DNA of 64,000 bases. Origin: Octopus sinensis (lineage: Eukaryota). Below are positions 14,800 to 26,400 of the stretch, piece by piece (the first letter of the stretch is position 1; each line of letters begins with the position of its first letter). Under the pieces are notes generated by a model that was not told the origin of the DNA, did not search any database, and was given only the letters and a program-made list of their open reading frames with translations. The stretch is taken from the NCBI RefSeq assembly GCF_006345805.1, contig NC_043005.1, positions 107,074,001 through 107,138,000 of the forward strand, read 5' to 3'. The position numbers and the translations under genes are program-made.

Positions 14800-14830
14800 T
14801 ACTATTATTATTATTATTATTATTATTATA
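14422..14830 (+). mobile_element. OK-like SINE (14422-14635) with expanded (ATT)n tail
   Basis: Head 'ggcggtgagcagtcagaatcgttagc', B box 'gagttcgaattc', tail 'aatttgaatcc' then attattatt. Confidence 0.9.
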
Positions 14831-15208
14831 TTGCAAATATATTCTAAACTATTTAGATATCCGCATTATTATCAATATTATTGCTGTTGTATGAACAATT
14901 AGTTATCATCAACATGATAAAAGCAATCAAGTTTACTTATGTCTTTATGAATCAATAAGTAGTTAATCAAGGGCCGAGTGTTGGAAAAAAAGAAGAAGAA
15001 CAACGACAAAGAAGAGGAAGAGAGAAGGGATAATGAGAAGGATAGAAATGGACAGATAAAGGAAGCGATTCGTGGATACGGAAATATACATACTTCTATA
15101 CATTTTTATATAAGCACATATGTGTATGTGTGTATGTATAATATAATGTAATGTGTATATATATATAAGATATATGTATATCTATATATAAATATATATA
15201 TATCCATA

Positions 15209-15239
<31 letters not shown>

Positions 15240-15637
15240 TATTAATATAGATATGTGTGTGTGTGTGCCTCGGTGAGAGGTAAGTACAGGTTCTAGGAGA
15301 TGGTGGGAGAAGCAGGCCATTACCTAATAAAACCATTAGAACGTATATAGATTATATGTGGATGTGTAGAAGAGAGAGTTTAAAATAAACTGAAGAGGAA
15401 GGGCCTCATTAAGCAAATTAATTAAAGGAGGTTGAGTATATTCCATATGGCACTGGATGGATGTTTCATTTTCAGCTGGCGTCCCTCCATCCCATCATCC
15501 CATCATCCCATCATTTCTCTTCCCTTTTTCACTTCCTTCCACCTTATTTTCATTCACTCATCTGACATCTTTCTACACAGGACTCTCTCTCTCCATCTGT
15601 GTGTCTGTGCATACCACACCACACACACACACACACC

Positions 15638-15668
<31 letters not shown>

Positions 15669-15747
15669 ATGTATGTATATATATATATACCTATATTATA
15701 TATATGTATATAAACCTATATATATGTATACAATATGTATATATGTA

Positions 15748-15796
<49 letters not shown>

Positions 15797-15864
15797 GGTG
15801 TGTGTGCCTATATATATCTACGTTTATATTTTATGTTATACATATATATAAAAATATATACTCC

Positions 15865-16060
15865 TTTCTCTTATGCTTCTATTCGTTTTAGCCATGAGTA
15901 TGCGGCCATGCTGGGTTACCACCTTGCAGAAATTTAGTCGAGTGTATCGACTCCAGTACTTAATTTTTTACACCGCGTATTTACTATATCAGTTCTTTTG
16001 TCAAACCGCTATATTACTGGGATATAAACACATCAATACTAGTTTCAAGTAGTGGTTAGC
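15865..16060 (-). mobile_element. Tail half of a CORE-type SINE
   Basis: 'gcggccatgctggg...tttagtcgag...atcgactccagtact' matches 36048-36240. Confidence 0.7.
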
Positions 16061-16155
16061 GACATATATATTCACACACACACACACACACTACATATAT
16101 GAGTGTGGGTATGTGCGTGCGCACGTGTGCATAAACATATACGTATATGAATACA

Positions 16156-16406
16156 TTTCAACTGCTAAAGGCAAATATACACCGCAGTTACTGCGATGAC
16201 TGAATTATATATAAGCTACAAGCTTTATTCAGTTACTTCAGAGTTGCCTCTCTTAGGTACATCTCATTGACAAGGGTCAAAAATCTCGAAACATCGATGT
16301 CTGAGATTCCTGACTGATGGCGACACTGAACGAACTTGTGTTTTCATGCCTTATGGCAATTTTTTCTCCACTGTAACTGCAGTGTATTTGCCTGTAGCAG
16401 TTGAAA
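16156..16406 (+). mobile_element. Short Penelope-like unit: hammerhead motif bracketed by inverted arms
   Basis: Arms 16156-16191 and 16373-16406 are reverse complements (2 substitutions, one 2-nt indel); hammerhead motif lies between them. Confidence 0.55.
16261..16307 (+). ncRNA. Type I hammerhead ribozyme-like motif with U3-A8 core
   Basis: atctca-TTGACAA-gggtcaaaaatctc-GAAA-catcgatg-TC-tgagat: 6-bp stem I, palindromic stem III (acatcgatgt), GUC site after 16301, weak stem II. Confidence 0.65.
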
Positions 16407-16797
16407 CATGTGACAAACATATTTGAACTAACTTAAATTTTGCTCGTACCTAAACACTGATTTTCGCCAATGACTCTTTATGTATATATATGTATATGTG
16501 TGTGTGTGTATGTGCGTGTGTCTGTGTGATCATATTTGGATGGGTGACATACAGAAAATGGCTGTATGTCTAGCTACATTAGAGAGAAACTGCTACATTT
16601 TTTTCTGACTATTTTTCTTCTACACATAATCAGGCAGAATTTATCAGCATACACAAAACGAAACGTTGAATATTGAAGTGGAGCAATCGAAAAGAAGCTA
16701 TTTTTTAGAATTTTGCGAGGATAGTCTCTTTAAGCACCCTCCACTCTCACACAAACACTCGTATGCAAATATCAATATATATACTTATATATATATG

Positions 16798-16847
<50 letters not shown>

Positions 16848-16984
16848 ATATATATATATATATATATAAAGGCTATTTATGACAGGTAACGACAAATATA
16901 TACATTTAGATAGACTGAGGTAGTATACGAGTCATAAAGTTTATTATCATGAGATGATTATAAGATGATAATAAAGTAAGAGAA

Positions 16985-17027
16985 CAAAATGGACCATGGT
17001 TTCCGCGAAGCTATTCATCGTTTGAAC
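16985..17027 (-). ncRNA. Degenerate hammerhead-like relic within a (TA)n-flanked unit (16870-17045)
   Basis: Minus: acgatga-atagcttcgcg-GAAA-ccatgg-TC, with palindrome accatggt; core 5' end and stem I are broken. Confidence 0.35.
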
Positions 17028-17044
17028 AACACCGGCTGATGCGT

Positions 17045-17096
<52 letters not shown>

Positions 17097-17577
17097 TATA
17101 TTATATATATATATATATATATATCTATATAATATATATATATATTATATCTATATTAAATATATACACATATATAGATAGATATATATATATATATATA
17201 TATAGAAGAGAGAGAGAGATACATATCTATATGAGTGTGTATATATATACAGGTACCTTTGCATCTATGCAGGTTATTCTATTTTATTTCAACATTTCTT
17301 GGTTATATAGAGGGAGCCGGTACGTAGCAAAGATCCAAGGTTCCTTCATTGGAATTTCAGCAACAACGCGGTACTTGTTCACATTTGAGGGTATGTGTAC
17401 ACTATTTTGAATCAATGCATCTGCAGATTTGCATATTTCCTTTTATGTATGTATCCACATGTATATAGTTTCATGTCTAGCCATAGATACTTAAACGCTA
17501 AACTTCTGGAATGTTTCACATACTTTTACAGTCCCATTGATAATATATATAGATGTGTATGTATGTACATATATACG

Positions 17578-17635
<58 letters not shown>

Positions 17636-17654
17636 TATATATATAATATATATA

Positions 17655-17695
<41 letters not shown>

Positions 17696-17880
17696 TATAC
17701 ATATATGTATGTATAATATATATATATATGTAATTATATACATGGTTTAAAGTTCTACAACAAAATACAAAAGATATACTATATGTGTGTGTATGTGTAT
17801 GCGTGCGTGTGTGTATGTGTGTGTGTGTGCGCGCGTGTGTGTGTGTGTGTGTGCGTGTGTGTGTGTATCTATATTTGTAT
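17045..17880. repeat. (AT)n and (GT)n tracts with short unique islands
   Basis: Direct reading. Confidence 0.9.
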
Positions 17881-18559
17881 ATAGTAAACATGCCTACAGT
17901 TCCACATCAACCACGAACCGATTCTGTAAATTCTGTACCTTTCGAAGGTACAGAACAGCTTATTTTCACTTTAACTCTCATGAGGAATGGTACGACTTCT
18001 GTTAAGATATTACTTTTACATAACCTACGTTCGTCGTCAACTTCGTGAAGAATGAATCAATGGGTTATTAGATAACGTAGCTAAACGAAAGTAGAACCTA
18101 ACGCAATATAAAATAAATTTCTATTAAGAAAAATTGATAAAGCACCATTTAAGATGTTAGGATTTTAGACTGATATAGACAATTTCTGAACGACAATAAC
18201 ACCATAGACATCTAAAACTCGCCGTTCAGTTTCTTGTATGACCTACAAGACAAGTTATGCATCATTTAGTTCAACGATTGGAGACAACATGGAGATTTGT
18301 TGAGGGAGAAATTAGTTTTGGTGTGTTAGCTGAATGATTTATATAGATATTCCAGTGAGAGCTGCCTAATATGCTCCGCAGGGTGTGTACGCAGAACTAT
18401 CAGACCCTGCATTAAAAAGCATTTAGAAAAAAAAAAAACAGAAATGTAAAACAATTTTTAGGGATTTGTCGAAAAAATATGATTTGTTGACTCTAAAACT
18501 ACTTGCTTGAAGGTCGTATACTTGTACACGCATACAGACACGTAGATACACACAAACAT

Positions 18560-18828
18560 GTTACCCACACATACATACACGCACACACGCTCAAATACAC
18601 TCACACACACATGCATGTGTACATGCACATGTAGGAATGTTTATACGTGTATATATATACATATATATACATACATGCATATATATATATATATTAATAT
18701 ATACATATATTTATATATATATAAATGTATAAATATGCACCACACACATACACACAATCACATATATATATATGTAATGTATATATATATGTGTGAGTGT
18801 GTCTGATGTATGCATATATATACACATA

Positions 18829-18902
<74 letters not shown>

Positions 18903-19045
18903 ATGTATACGTATGTGTGTGTGTGAGTGTGTGTGAATGTATGCATATATATATATACACATATTATATACATATGTATATATATATATATGTATGTATA
19001 TATATATGTGTGTATGTATGCATATATATATATATATGTGTTTGT
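18560..19045. repeat. (CA)n/(AT)n compound microsatellite
   Basis: Direct reading. Confidence 0.9.
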
Positions 19046-19385
19046 ATACAATGCATATTCTATGTGTGGGTGACCTGTGTGTATTTTGTTAGCGTCAAAA
19101 AATTTTCTCTATTAATATCTACTCTCAGCACTGTTGTTACTAAGGAGTGATTTTATTGCCGTTGTGTGTCGAGCTGTGTGGATGCGGTCGAGGATGAGGT
19201 TTTTGCACTAAACCTTTTGTTTTGTTGTTGCTTGTTTTATAAGAATAAAACCACCGCCAACAAGGCCGACGACGATGAGGACGAGGAAGAGGAAGAGGGG
19301 ACAACAACAACAATAATAACAACGATAATAATAATACTTATACTACTACAACTAATAAGATGATGATGATGATGATGATGATGAC

Positions 19386-19448
<63 letters not shown>

Positions 19449-20001
19449 TGCCCTGATGCAGTGTCAGGCAGTGGCTCTCGTGGCTTCTGATCTTAACTGA
19501 ATGGAAGTGTTATCATGTACATTGTTTTGTCTTGGTATAAAAGATGGGCTACAGCAAATATTCTTCTCAAAACCGCAGGCTTGCTTGTCGGTTATTTGAT
19601 CATAACCAGTTGAGCATGTCACTTAGTGGCTGACGATATGGGCATCTCTGATCACGAGTAGAAGTAGTGGGGGAGCATCATAGCCATGTGTTGAGAGGGA
19701 TTCTTTGGGGTTTGAATAATTCACCTCTGGAAACATGCGTGTTTCGGTCAACATCATTAAACAACTCTTATTCAGGGACCTTTTGAGCGGGATGGGCTAC
19801 TCAACCTGAAGAAAATTCTAACTGGGCCCCACCTGCAAGGTCATATGCTGTTTATCTTGATATGAGATCACCATGTCGCGCACATATGGTTGTGATGCAT
19901 GTGCCTGGCGTACCCTTATCAGACAGGTAGTCATGATGGGTATATTGGGCTTCGTATATTTTTCCCCAGTGTCACTTTGATGGCATGCACTGCTCTCTCA
20001 C

Positions 20002-20003
<2 letters not shown>
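19449..20003 (+). mobile_element. ~555-bp non-coding element embedded in (TAA)n
   Basis: Flanked by (TAA)n on both sides (19388-19448, 20003-20047); first 285 bp repeated at 20049-20333; orientation inferred from the TAA strand. Confidence 0.75.
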
Positions 20004-20037
<34 letters not shown>

Positions 20038-20048
20038 GTAATAATAAA

Positions 20049-20333
20049 TGCCCTGATGCAGTGTCAGGCAGTGGCTCTCGTGGCTTCTGATCTTAACTAA
20101 TTGGAAGTGTTATCATGTACATAGTTTTATCTTGGTATAAAAGATGAGCTACAGCAAATATTCTACTGAATACCACAGATTTGCTTGTTAGTTGTTTGAC
20201 CTTAACCAGTTGAGCATGTCCCTTAGTGGCTGACAATATGTGCATCTCTGATCACAAGTAGAAGTAGTGGGGGAACATCATAGCCATGTGTTAAAAGGAA
20301 TTCTTTGGGGTTTGAATAATTCACCTCTGGAAA
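20049..20333 (+). mobile_element. Partial second copy of the 555-bp element
   Basis: About 24 mismatches in 285 nt versus 19449-19733 by manual count (~92%). Confidence 0.9.
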
Positions 20334-20757
20334 GATGGTGCTCATACGTAAAGACGAAAAAGAAGCAAAGATAATAGATGTTGCAATACCAGACGATTCG
20401 AGGTTGAAATGTAAGGAGACAGAAAATATTGAGAAATACCAGCCACTGCGGGATGAGATAGGAAAGTTATAGGGCAAGAGGAAAGCATCGGTGATACCGG
20501 TGGTAATTGGAGCATCAGGAGCAGTTTCCAAGGGCTTTGAAAATCATATTGAGAATATTGGAGTTGCTGTCAGCCTCGATGTGATCCAGAGGACGGCATT
20601 ATTGGGTACAGCTCGCATTCTAAGGAGAGTATTATCTCTTTGAGTCACAGGAAAAGACACTATCTGAAACCTTTGGTGATTTCATGTTGCCTGTTTTCAA
20701 GTAAAGAATAACCGATAATTCCGTGAGTCTTTCATAAGAGACGATAATAATAATAAT
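20334..20757 (+). mobile_element. 3' end of an R4/Dong-like LINE (RLE endonuclease C-terminus, 3' UTR, (ATA)n tail)
   Basis: MVLIRKDEKEAKIIDVAIPDD...EKYQPLRDEI...VIPVVIGASG...QRTALLGTARILRRVLSL* (stop at 20641-20643), a PD-(D/E)xK RLE pattern. Confidence 0.9.
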
Positions 20758-20872
20758 CCTTTCTAATATACGAATTTGTTTGAGAGAGCGCTAGCGATTA
20801 TACCGACCCAGTACTTGACTGGTACTTAATTTATCGAAACCGAAATGATGAATGGTAAGGTCGACTGAGGTT
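20757..20872 (-). mobile_element. OK-like SINE 3' fragment
   Basis: 'gacccagtacttgactggtacttaatttatcga...gatgaatggtaaggtcgac' is the reverse complement of the family tail. Confidence 0.7.
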
Positions 20873-20885
20873 TGAAGTTCTTAAT

Positions 20886-20895
20886 TTCTTCTTCT

Positions 20896-20930
<35 letters not shown>

Positions 20931-20957
20931 TTTTTCTTCTTCTTCTTCTTCTTCTTC

Positions 20958-21017
<60 letters not shown>
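20886..21017. repeat. (CTT)n(ATT)n
   Basis: Direct reading. Confidence 0.95.
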
Positions 21018-21019
<2 letters not shown>

Positions 21020-23230
21020 TAGTTTTATTTTTATAGCGTGCTTTCACTTCACTACCGAGCGCAGCTCTGTGTGCCTTGGGTATGTGCTGTGATTTGTTGT
21101 GATGCTCTGATGGTTATTGTATGGAAAGTGTTCTGCGTAGGATGTGTGCAGTGCCTAGTAGTGCAATTTTCTGTATGTTATATGTGTTTGTAAGTCCGGG
21201 TGTTTTTGTTATGTATTGTCTGAATATTTTTTTATCATGCCTAATGCACCCTCTATATGATATAGGAATTGTTCTGTTTTCAGGTTCCACATTCTAGTTA
21301 CCTTTATTCCAGGTCTTGTATTTTGAGAGTTTCTCCATTTCTTTTAGAGACACGTGTCATCTGCCGGTATTGATACATCAATTAGAAAGCATTTTTTTTC
21401 TTCATGATCTCTGACAACTATATCTGGTCTGTTGGCCTTAATCTCTCTATCTGTGTGTATCGGCATATCCCAGAGTATGGTGCTTTCTCGTTTTCTGTGA
21501 CCTTTTCTGGTGTGTGCCTATACCATCTTTTTCTGTTGTTATTCCATAATGTTGGCATAGCTTCCAATGTATGTAGGTTCCAACTCTGTCATGTCTGTGA
21601 ATATATTCCTTCTTAGCCAGGACTGGGCAGCTAGAGATAATATGATTTATTGTTTCTTGTCCATCTCCACATATTCTGCAGTTACTTGTAATATTTCTTT
21701 TCATTAGATGGTTTTGGTAATTTCTGGTGGGGAGGCTTGGTCTTGTGCTGCAATTAAAAATCCCTCTGTTTCTGCTTTGAGTCCTGAGCTTCTCAACCAT
21801 TGCTGGGATTTTTCTTTGTCTATTTCTTTTGCGTTTAGTTTAGTGCAGTATTTACCAAGAAGGGGCTTTTCTTGCCATCGTTTTATCATGGCTCGTTGCT
21901 GTTCTATTTTTAGTTTGGATTTCATTTGTTTTATAGCTTTTGTTGTTTCTTCATCATCTTCTTCTTCTTCTTTGTTTTATTAGGTGGTATGATTTCTTGT
22001 TTGTATTTGTCAGCTTCCTTAAATACTGAGAACAGTTTTTTTGTTTTGCTCGTGTTTTGCTGCTATCTGGATCAGTTTTCCTTCCTTCTGAAGTAGGTAT
22101 TTTTGCAGTCCTATGGTGGTTATTTTATAGTAGTTTTCCAGCTGTATAAGGCCTCTACCACCTTCTATACGTTGTATATACAGTCTTTCTATGTCAGATT
22201 TTGGGTGATGCATCCTAGATCTTGTCAGTATTTTTCTTGTTTTCCTATCTATTTTGGACAGTTCATTTCGTGTCCAGTTAAGGATATCGTAGCTGTAACT
22301 TATAACTGGGACAGCTAAAATGTTAATACCATTATCTTGTTTTTCGCATTGAGCTCTGTTTTTAGTATTGATCTAACTCGTCTATAATATTCTTTTTTAT
22401 TTTCTCTTTCATTTGTGTGTGTTGTGTCTTATCTAGTTCATGGATTCCTAAGTATTTGTAGTTTGGCTTTGGTCTAATTCTTTTATTTCATTGGTTTTAT
22501 CTAGTGTGATGTTGTTACTTTTAACTAGTTTTCCTCTTTTCATGGTTACTTTGGCGCATTTTTCTAATCCAAATTTCATATCTATTTCTTTGGTAAATCC
22601 ATGAACTGTCTTTAATAGTGTTTCCAGCTGTTGTCATTGCAGCGTATAGTTTTAGGTCATCCATATATAAAAGGTGGCTGATCATTTTGCCGTAACATTT
22701 ATATCCGCATCCAGTTCTATTTAGCATATCAGATAGAGGTGACAGTGCCAAGCAGAAAAGGAGTGGAGAGAGCGTGTCTCCCTGGAATATTCCTCTTCTA
22801 ATGGGGATGTCTTTGGTTTTCATGAGTCCCTTTTTGTTTGGAGGTGTAGGACTGTTTGCCATTTATTCATAGAGTGCTCTATGAATTTTATGATTGTTGG
22901 TGCTACTTTGTTAATGGCTAGTGTTTCGAGGATCCATGTGTGGGGGATGCTATCAAACGCCTTTTTGTAGTCGATCCAGGCCATACTGAGGCCTTTCTTC
23001 TTTCTGTGGCTGTCTTCAGTTACGGCTTTATTAATCATTAGTTGATCTTTACAGCCATATGAGCCTTTGCGGCATCCTTTCTGCTCTTCTGGGAACAGTT
23101 TGTTTTCGTCAGGTGCTTGTTCAGCCTTGTGATATCACTGCAGTAAATGCCTTGAACATAGTAGGGAGGCAGGTTATTGTCTGTAGTTTTCTGGTTTTGT
23201 TGTTCCTTGATTTGATTTTCATTTCATTTG
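21018..23230 (-). mobile_element. 5'-truncated R4/Dong-like non-LTR retrotransposon (RT, CCHC finger, RLE)
   Basis: Frameshifted segments give NYRPITCL, QKGC...GCKDQL, WIDYKKAFDS, GIFQGDTLSPLLF, HLLYMDDLKLY, GGRGL, CRICGDGQETINHIISSC, RPDIV...IDVSIP; (TAA)n on the sense strand at both ends. Confidence 0.95.
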
Positions 23231-23332
23231 ATCATTATTATTATTATTATTATGATATTATTATTATATATATTGTTGTTGTTGTTATTGTTATTTTATT
23301 ATTATTATTATATTATTATTATATTATTTATT

Positions 23333-23373
<41 letters not shown>

Positions 23374-23775
23374 TATTATTGAGAGTAGCATTAGTAGTAA
23401 AAGTAGTAGTTGTTGTAATTGTTTCGTGCTATGCAAGTAGATGACCAAAGTTAATCTCAAAAGCAAACTGCTTCCGTTATACGTTGTGTTGCTGTTTATC
23501 GAAGGCGAGAATTGTATGTTGGTGGTGAGACGAGGATGGGAACACTTTTATTAAAGAATGGCATAGTGACTGAAAGAGTAAAAGTAGGGAAAAGAGAGAG
23601 AGTGTGTGTGAGAGAGAGAGAGAGAGAAGAGAAAGAGAGTGTGTGTGAGGGAAAGAGGGATGGAAAGAGAGCCTGAAAGAATTACGGGGATAGGAAAAAG
23701 TAAGAAATAAAGGTTAAAGATACCCAAATGGTAGCAATATGTATGTATATCTAGCTATCTATCTATCTACTCTTC

Positions 23776-23843
<68 letters not shown>

Positions 23844-23939
23844 CACACACACACACTCATATATTACTGCACGGGTTCACTTTTTCTCTCTGAAAGGCTG
23901 CGATACGTCCGGTCTACCTTAGGTACTCGTCCATGACAT

Positions 23940-25120
23940 CGTTCATGCTGATCCAATCTCAAATTATCTCACTTCGTATATGCTCTCGTAACGATATTCC
24001 TAGCATGGATCCATACAGGGAATTTGCGTCGTAGACTGTCAATGTTCCGCCCTCTTCTAAGTGGCTCGAATCTCAATTGCACAAAAAGGGTTGACAGGAC
24101 GGTGTAACGGATGTGTCTGTCGTGTATTTTTTTCAGCTTTGCTTTGAATACATCCTTTATCGCGGTAAACGCCTTCCACCCTGCCCTTATTATCTTCGCT
24201 ATTTCTGTATGTCTCTGTGAATATATTCCCTTTACTGTCTCGATTTCATTGCTTAGCATCTCGATTCGGTCTCGTGTTAGTTTTTTGGACCGTATATATC
24301 TTGTCTTCATGCGTTGCATTATAAAGCTTGATGCTGAACAATGGGTGTCAGCCTCTGTCAGCATCGTTTGCAGCGGGTCTGTTGTTTTGGTAGTGAGTAA
24401 CGACCCATCTACGAACCGGAGGTGTGTTAGCTGCCCGCCGGTGGTGTTTACTCCACCTATCCAGTCATTATCTCTGATGACCATTTCTAGACATGCGGTG
24501 AAGAGCTTTGGAGCGATGGCATCTCTTTGACTGAAGCCCTTCTCACTGGTAATGACAGAACTGTATCGGCGATGAACCCATAGTTCTCATCTCAGTACAG
24601 TTTGTTGTATTTGGACTTTGACACCTTGAATTTCAAGAGATTTCAATCCTGTTTTTATCTCGATTCTCTCGAGGGCCTTTTTATTCTTAACGAAAGCGAT
24701 GCACTGAGGCAGCATGTGCTGTTTAGCTCATTCATTAGCCTGTTTAAAGTGAATATATGATCAATAGTTCTGTAGTTCTTGCGTAAACCTGCTTGCTAAC
24801 TGGGCCGCTGGTAATCGAGACAGTTCAATAGTACGTTGACTTCGGGTTTTGTAAACAGTTCAAAGAGGTGAGAAAAAAGACATGTGGGTCGATAGTGTCT
24901 AAAATCTCTTTTTATAACCCTCCTCCTGAAGCAAAATGATATTCAATACTTTCCACAACGAAGACATGTTACTGTTCTTCAGGTAAATACTGGAGGGTAG
25001 AACGAGGTTTTTTTTCACAGCTCCTCAACTATAGTGTTACGTCATCTTTTCCTGAAGCCTTTTCTGCTTCTATCAGCTTCAGGGCATTTTCAGTTTCACT
25101 GACTACAAAGTCCCTACAAC
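23940..25120 (-). mobile_element. RTE-clade LINE reverse transcriptase fragment, decayed
   Basis: AGLRKNYRTIDHIFTL upstream; ORF 23969-24484 has GGQLTHLRFVDGSLL (HLRFADD), LQTML, KTRY, IRAGWKAF. Confidence 0.85.
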
Positions 25121-25722
25121 GATGTTTTAGTTAAACGATTTGTGCCAAATGGAAAAGAACGGCACAATCAAGAAGAATTGGAAGTGCATTGTGACCAGCG
25201 ATGTATAACAACATCTGGTAGTCTGTTCGATACAGTGATACACTGTTATATATATGTACATATTCTCATTACTGTAACTTAAATATTCGGAAACATTCAC
25301 TTAAGCAACCAACACACACATACACTCTCTCACACACGTGCGCTTAAACACACACATACGCTTAAACACACATACATACACAAACACTAGCTGAAAAAAA
25401 AATAACTGGCAAATCAAATTGATAGAATCCATTTTCTACAGCTGGGTAACATAACAACTGACCAAAAATACTATTAGTCATTCAATGACTAAAATAAATT
25501 CATTGCAATTGATAAAAAAATTGACCCTTTTGACTTGCCATCAATTTCAATCATCCCAGAAAACCACCCGATTAATTCATTCTTTCTTTCTTTCCTACTT
25601 CCTTTTCTTTTCTATCTTTCTTGCCTTGTGTGATTGCTTCTTTCTTTCTTTCTTCCCTTCTTTCTTCTTTCTTTCTTTCTTTATTTTTTTCCCTTAACCA
25701 AGCCTCCCAAGAATTCACCACA

Positions 25723-25776
<54 letters not shown>

Positions 25777-25789
25777 CATATATATATAA

Positions 25790-26400
25790 GTACAAATATA
25801 TACATAAAATACAAAATGGGACAGGAATGCAAAACATCCGGACAACTAGGTGATACAAAAAGGGACAAGAGAACATCCAGATAGATGATACAAAAAAACA
25901 AGGACGGATCATTCGAAGCTTTCTATCCTCAGTCAAGAACGTGGATCATCCTCGCAATTTCGGCTGATTAATCTTGAGATTACTCCAATCTGGCCAGCCC
26001 CAAGGAAAAACTAAGCTACGAGTTTTAAATTCCTTCGAAGAAAGCATCGAATGTATACAAAAATAAGGACGGAAAAACAGACGATGTTACACAAATATAT
26101 AAATACAATAAAAATAATAACAGGACATAACAACAGGTGTCTTTCGACTGGGGACAAATTGAATTCAGCTGACGTGTGTGGAAATGAAGCCTTACGGCAA
26201 AGATACAAAAGTTTCACAAGCACGGTGAAGAATATCGATGTTACCTCAACCATAACCTCTTTTCTAATCGCATGGATACAACATTCATCTCCAGAATTAT
26301 TCATCTAAATTACATTCATTGATGAAGCATGAATTTCCTATAAAAATATATTCATGATGAGTCCCTCATAGGGAATAAAGCGCTCAATAAATAGTTTTAA
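25790..26400. mobile_element. Probable Penelope-associated repeat remnant
   Basis: Follows (TA)n and ends in a hammerhead relic; family assignment is inference. Confidence 0.4.
26346..26392 (+). ncRNA. Inactivated hammerhead relic
   Basis: atatatt-caTGATGA-gtccc tcata gggaa-tAAA-gcgc-TC-aataaat; palindromic agcgct minimal stem III retained, G12 lost. Confidence 0.4.

Noticed and set aside
19449-19560. HDV-like ribozyme at the 5' end of the TAA-embedded element
   Set aside because: Could not build the P1/P2/P3 nested pseudoknot by eye; only a short gcc(c)tga/tcaggc hairpin
19449-20333. CRISPR-like or prokaryotic repeat system
   Set aside because: Eukaryotic context, no repeat-spacer periodicity and no cas genes anywhere in the window
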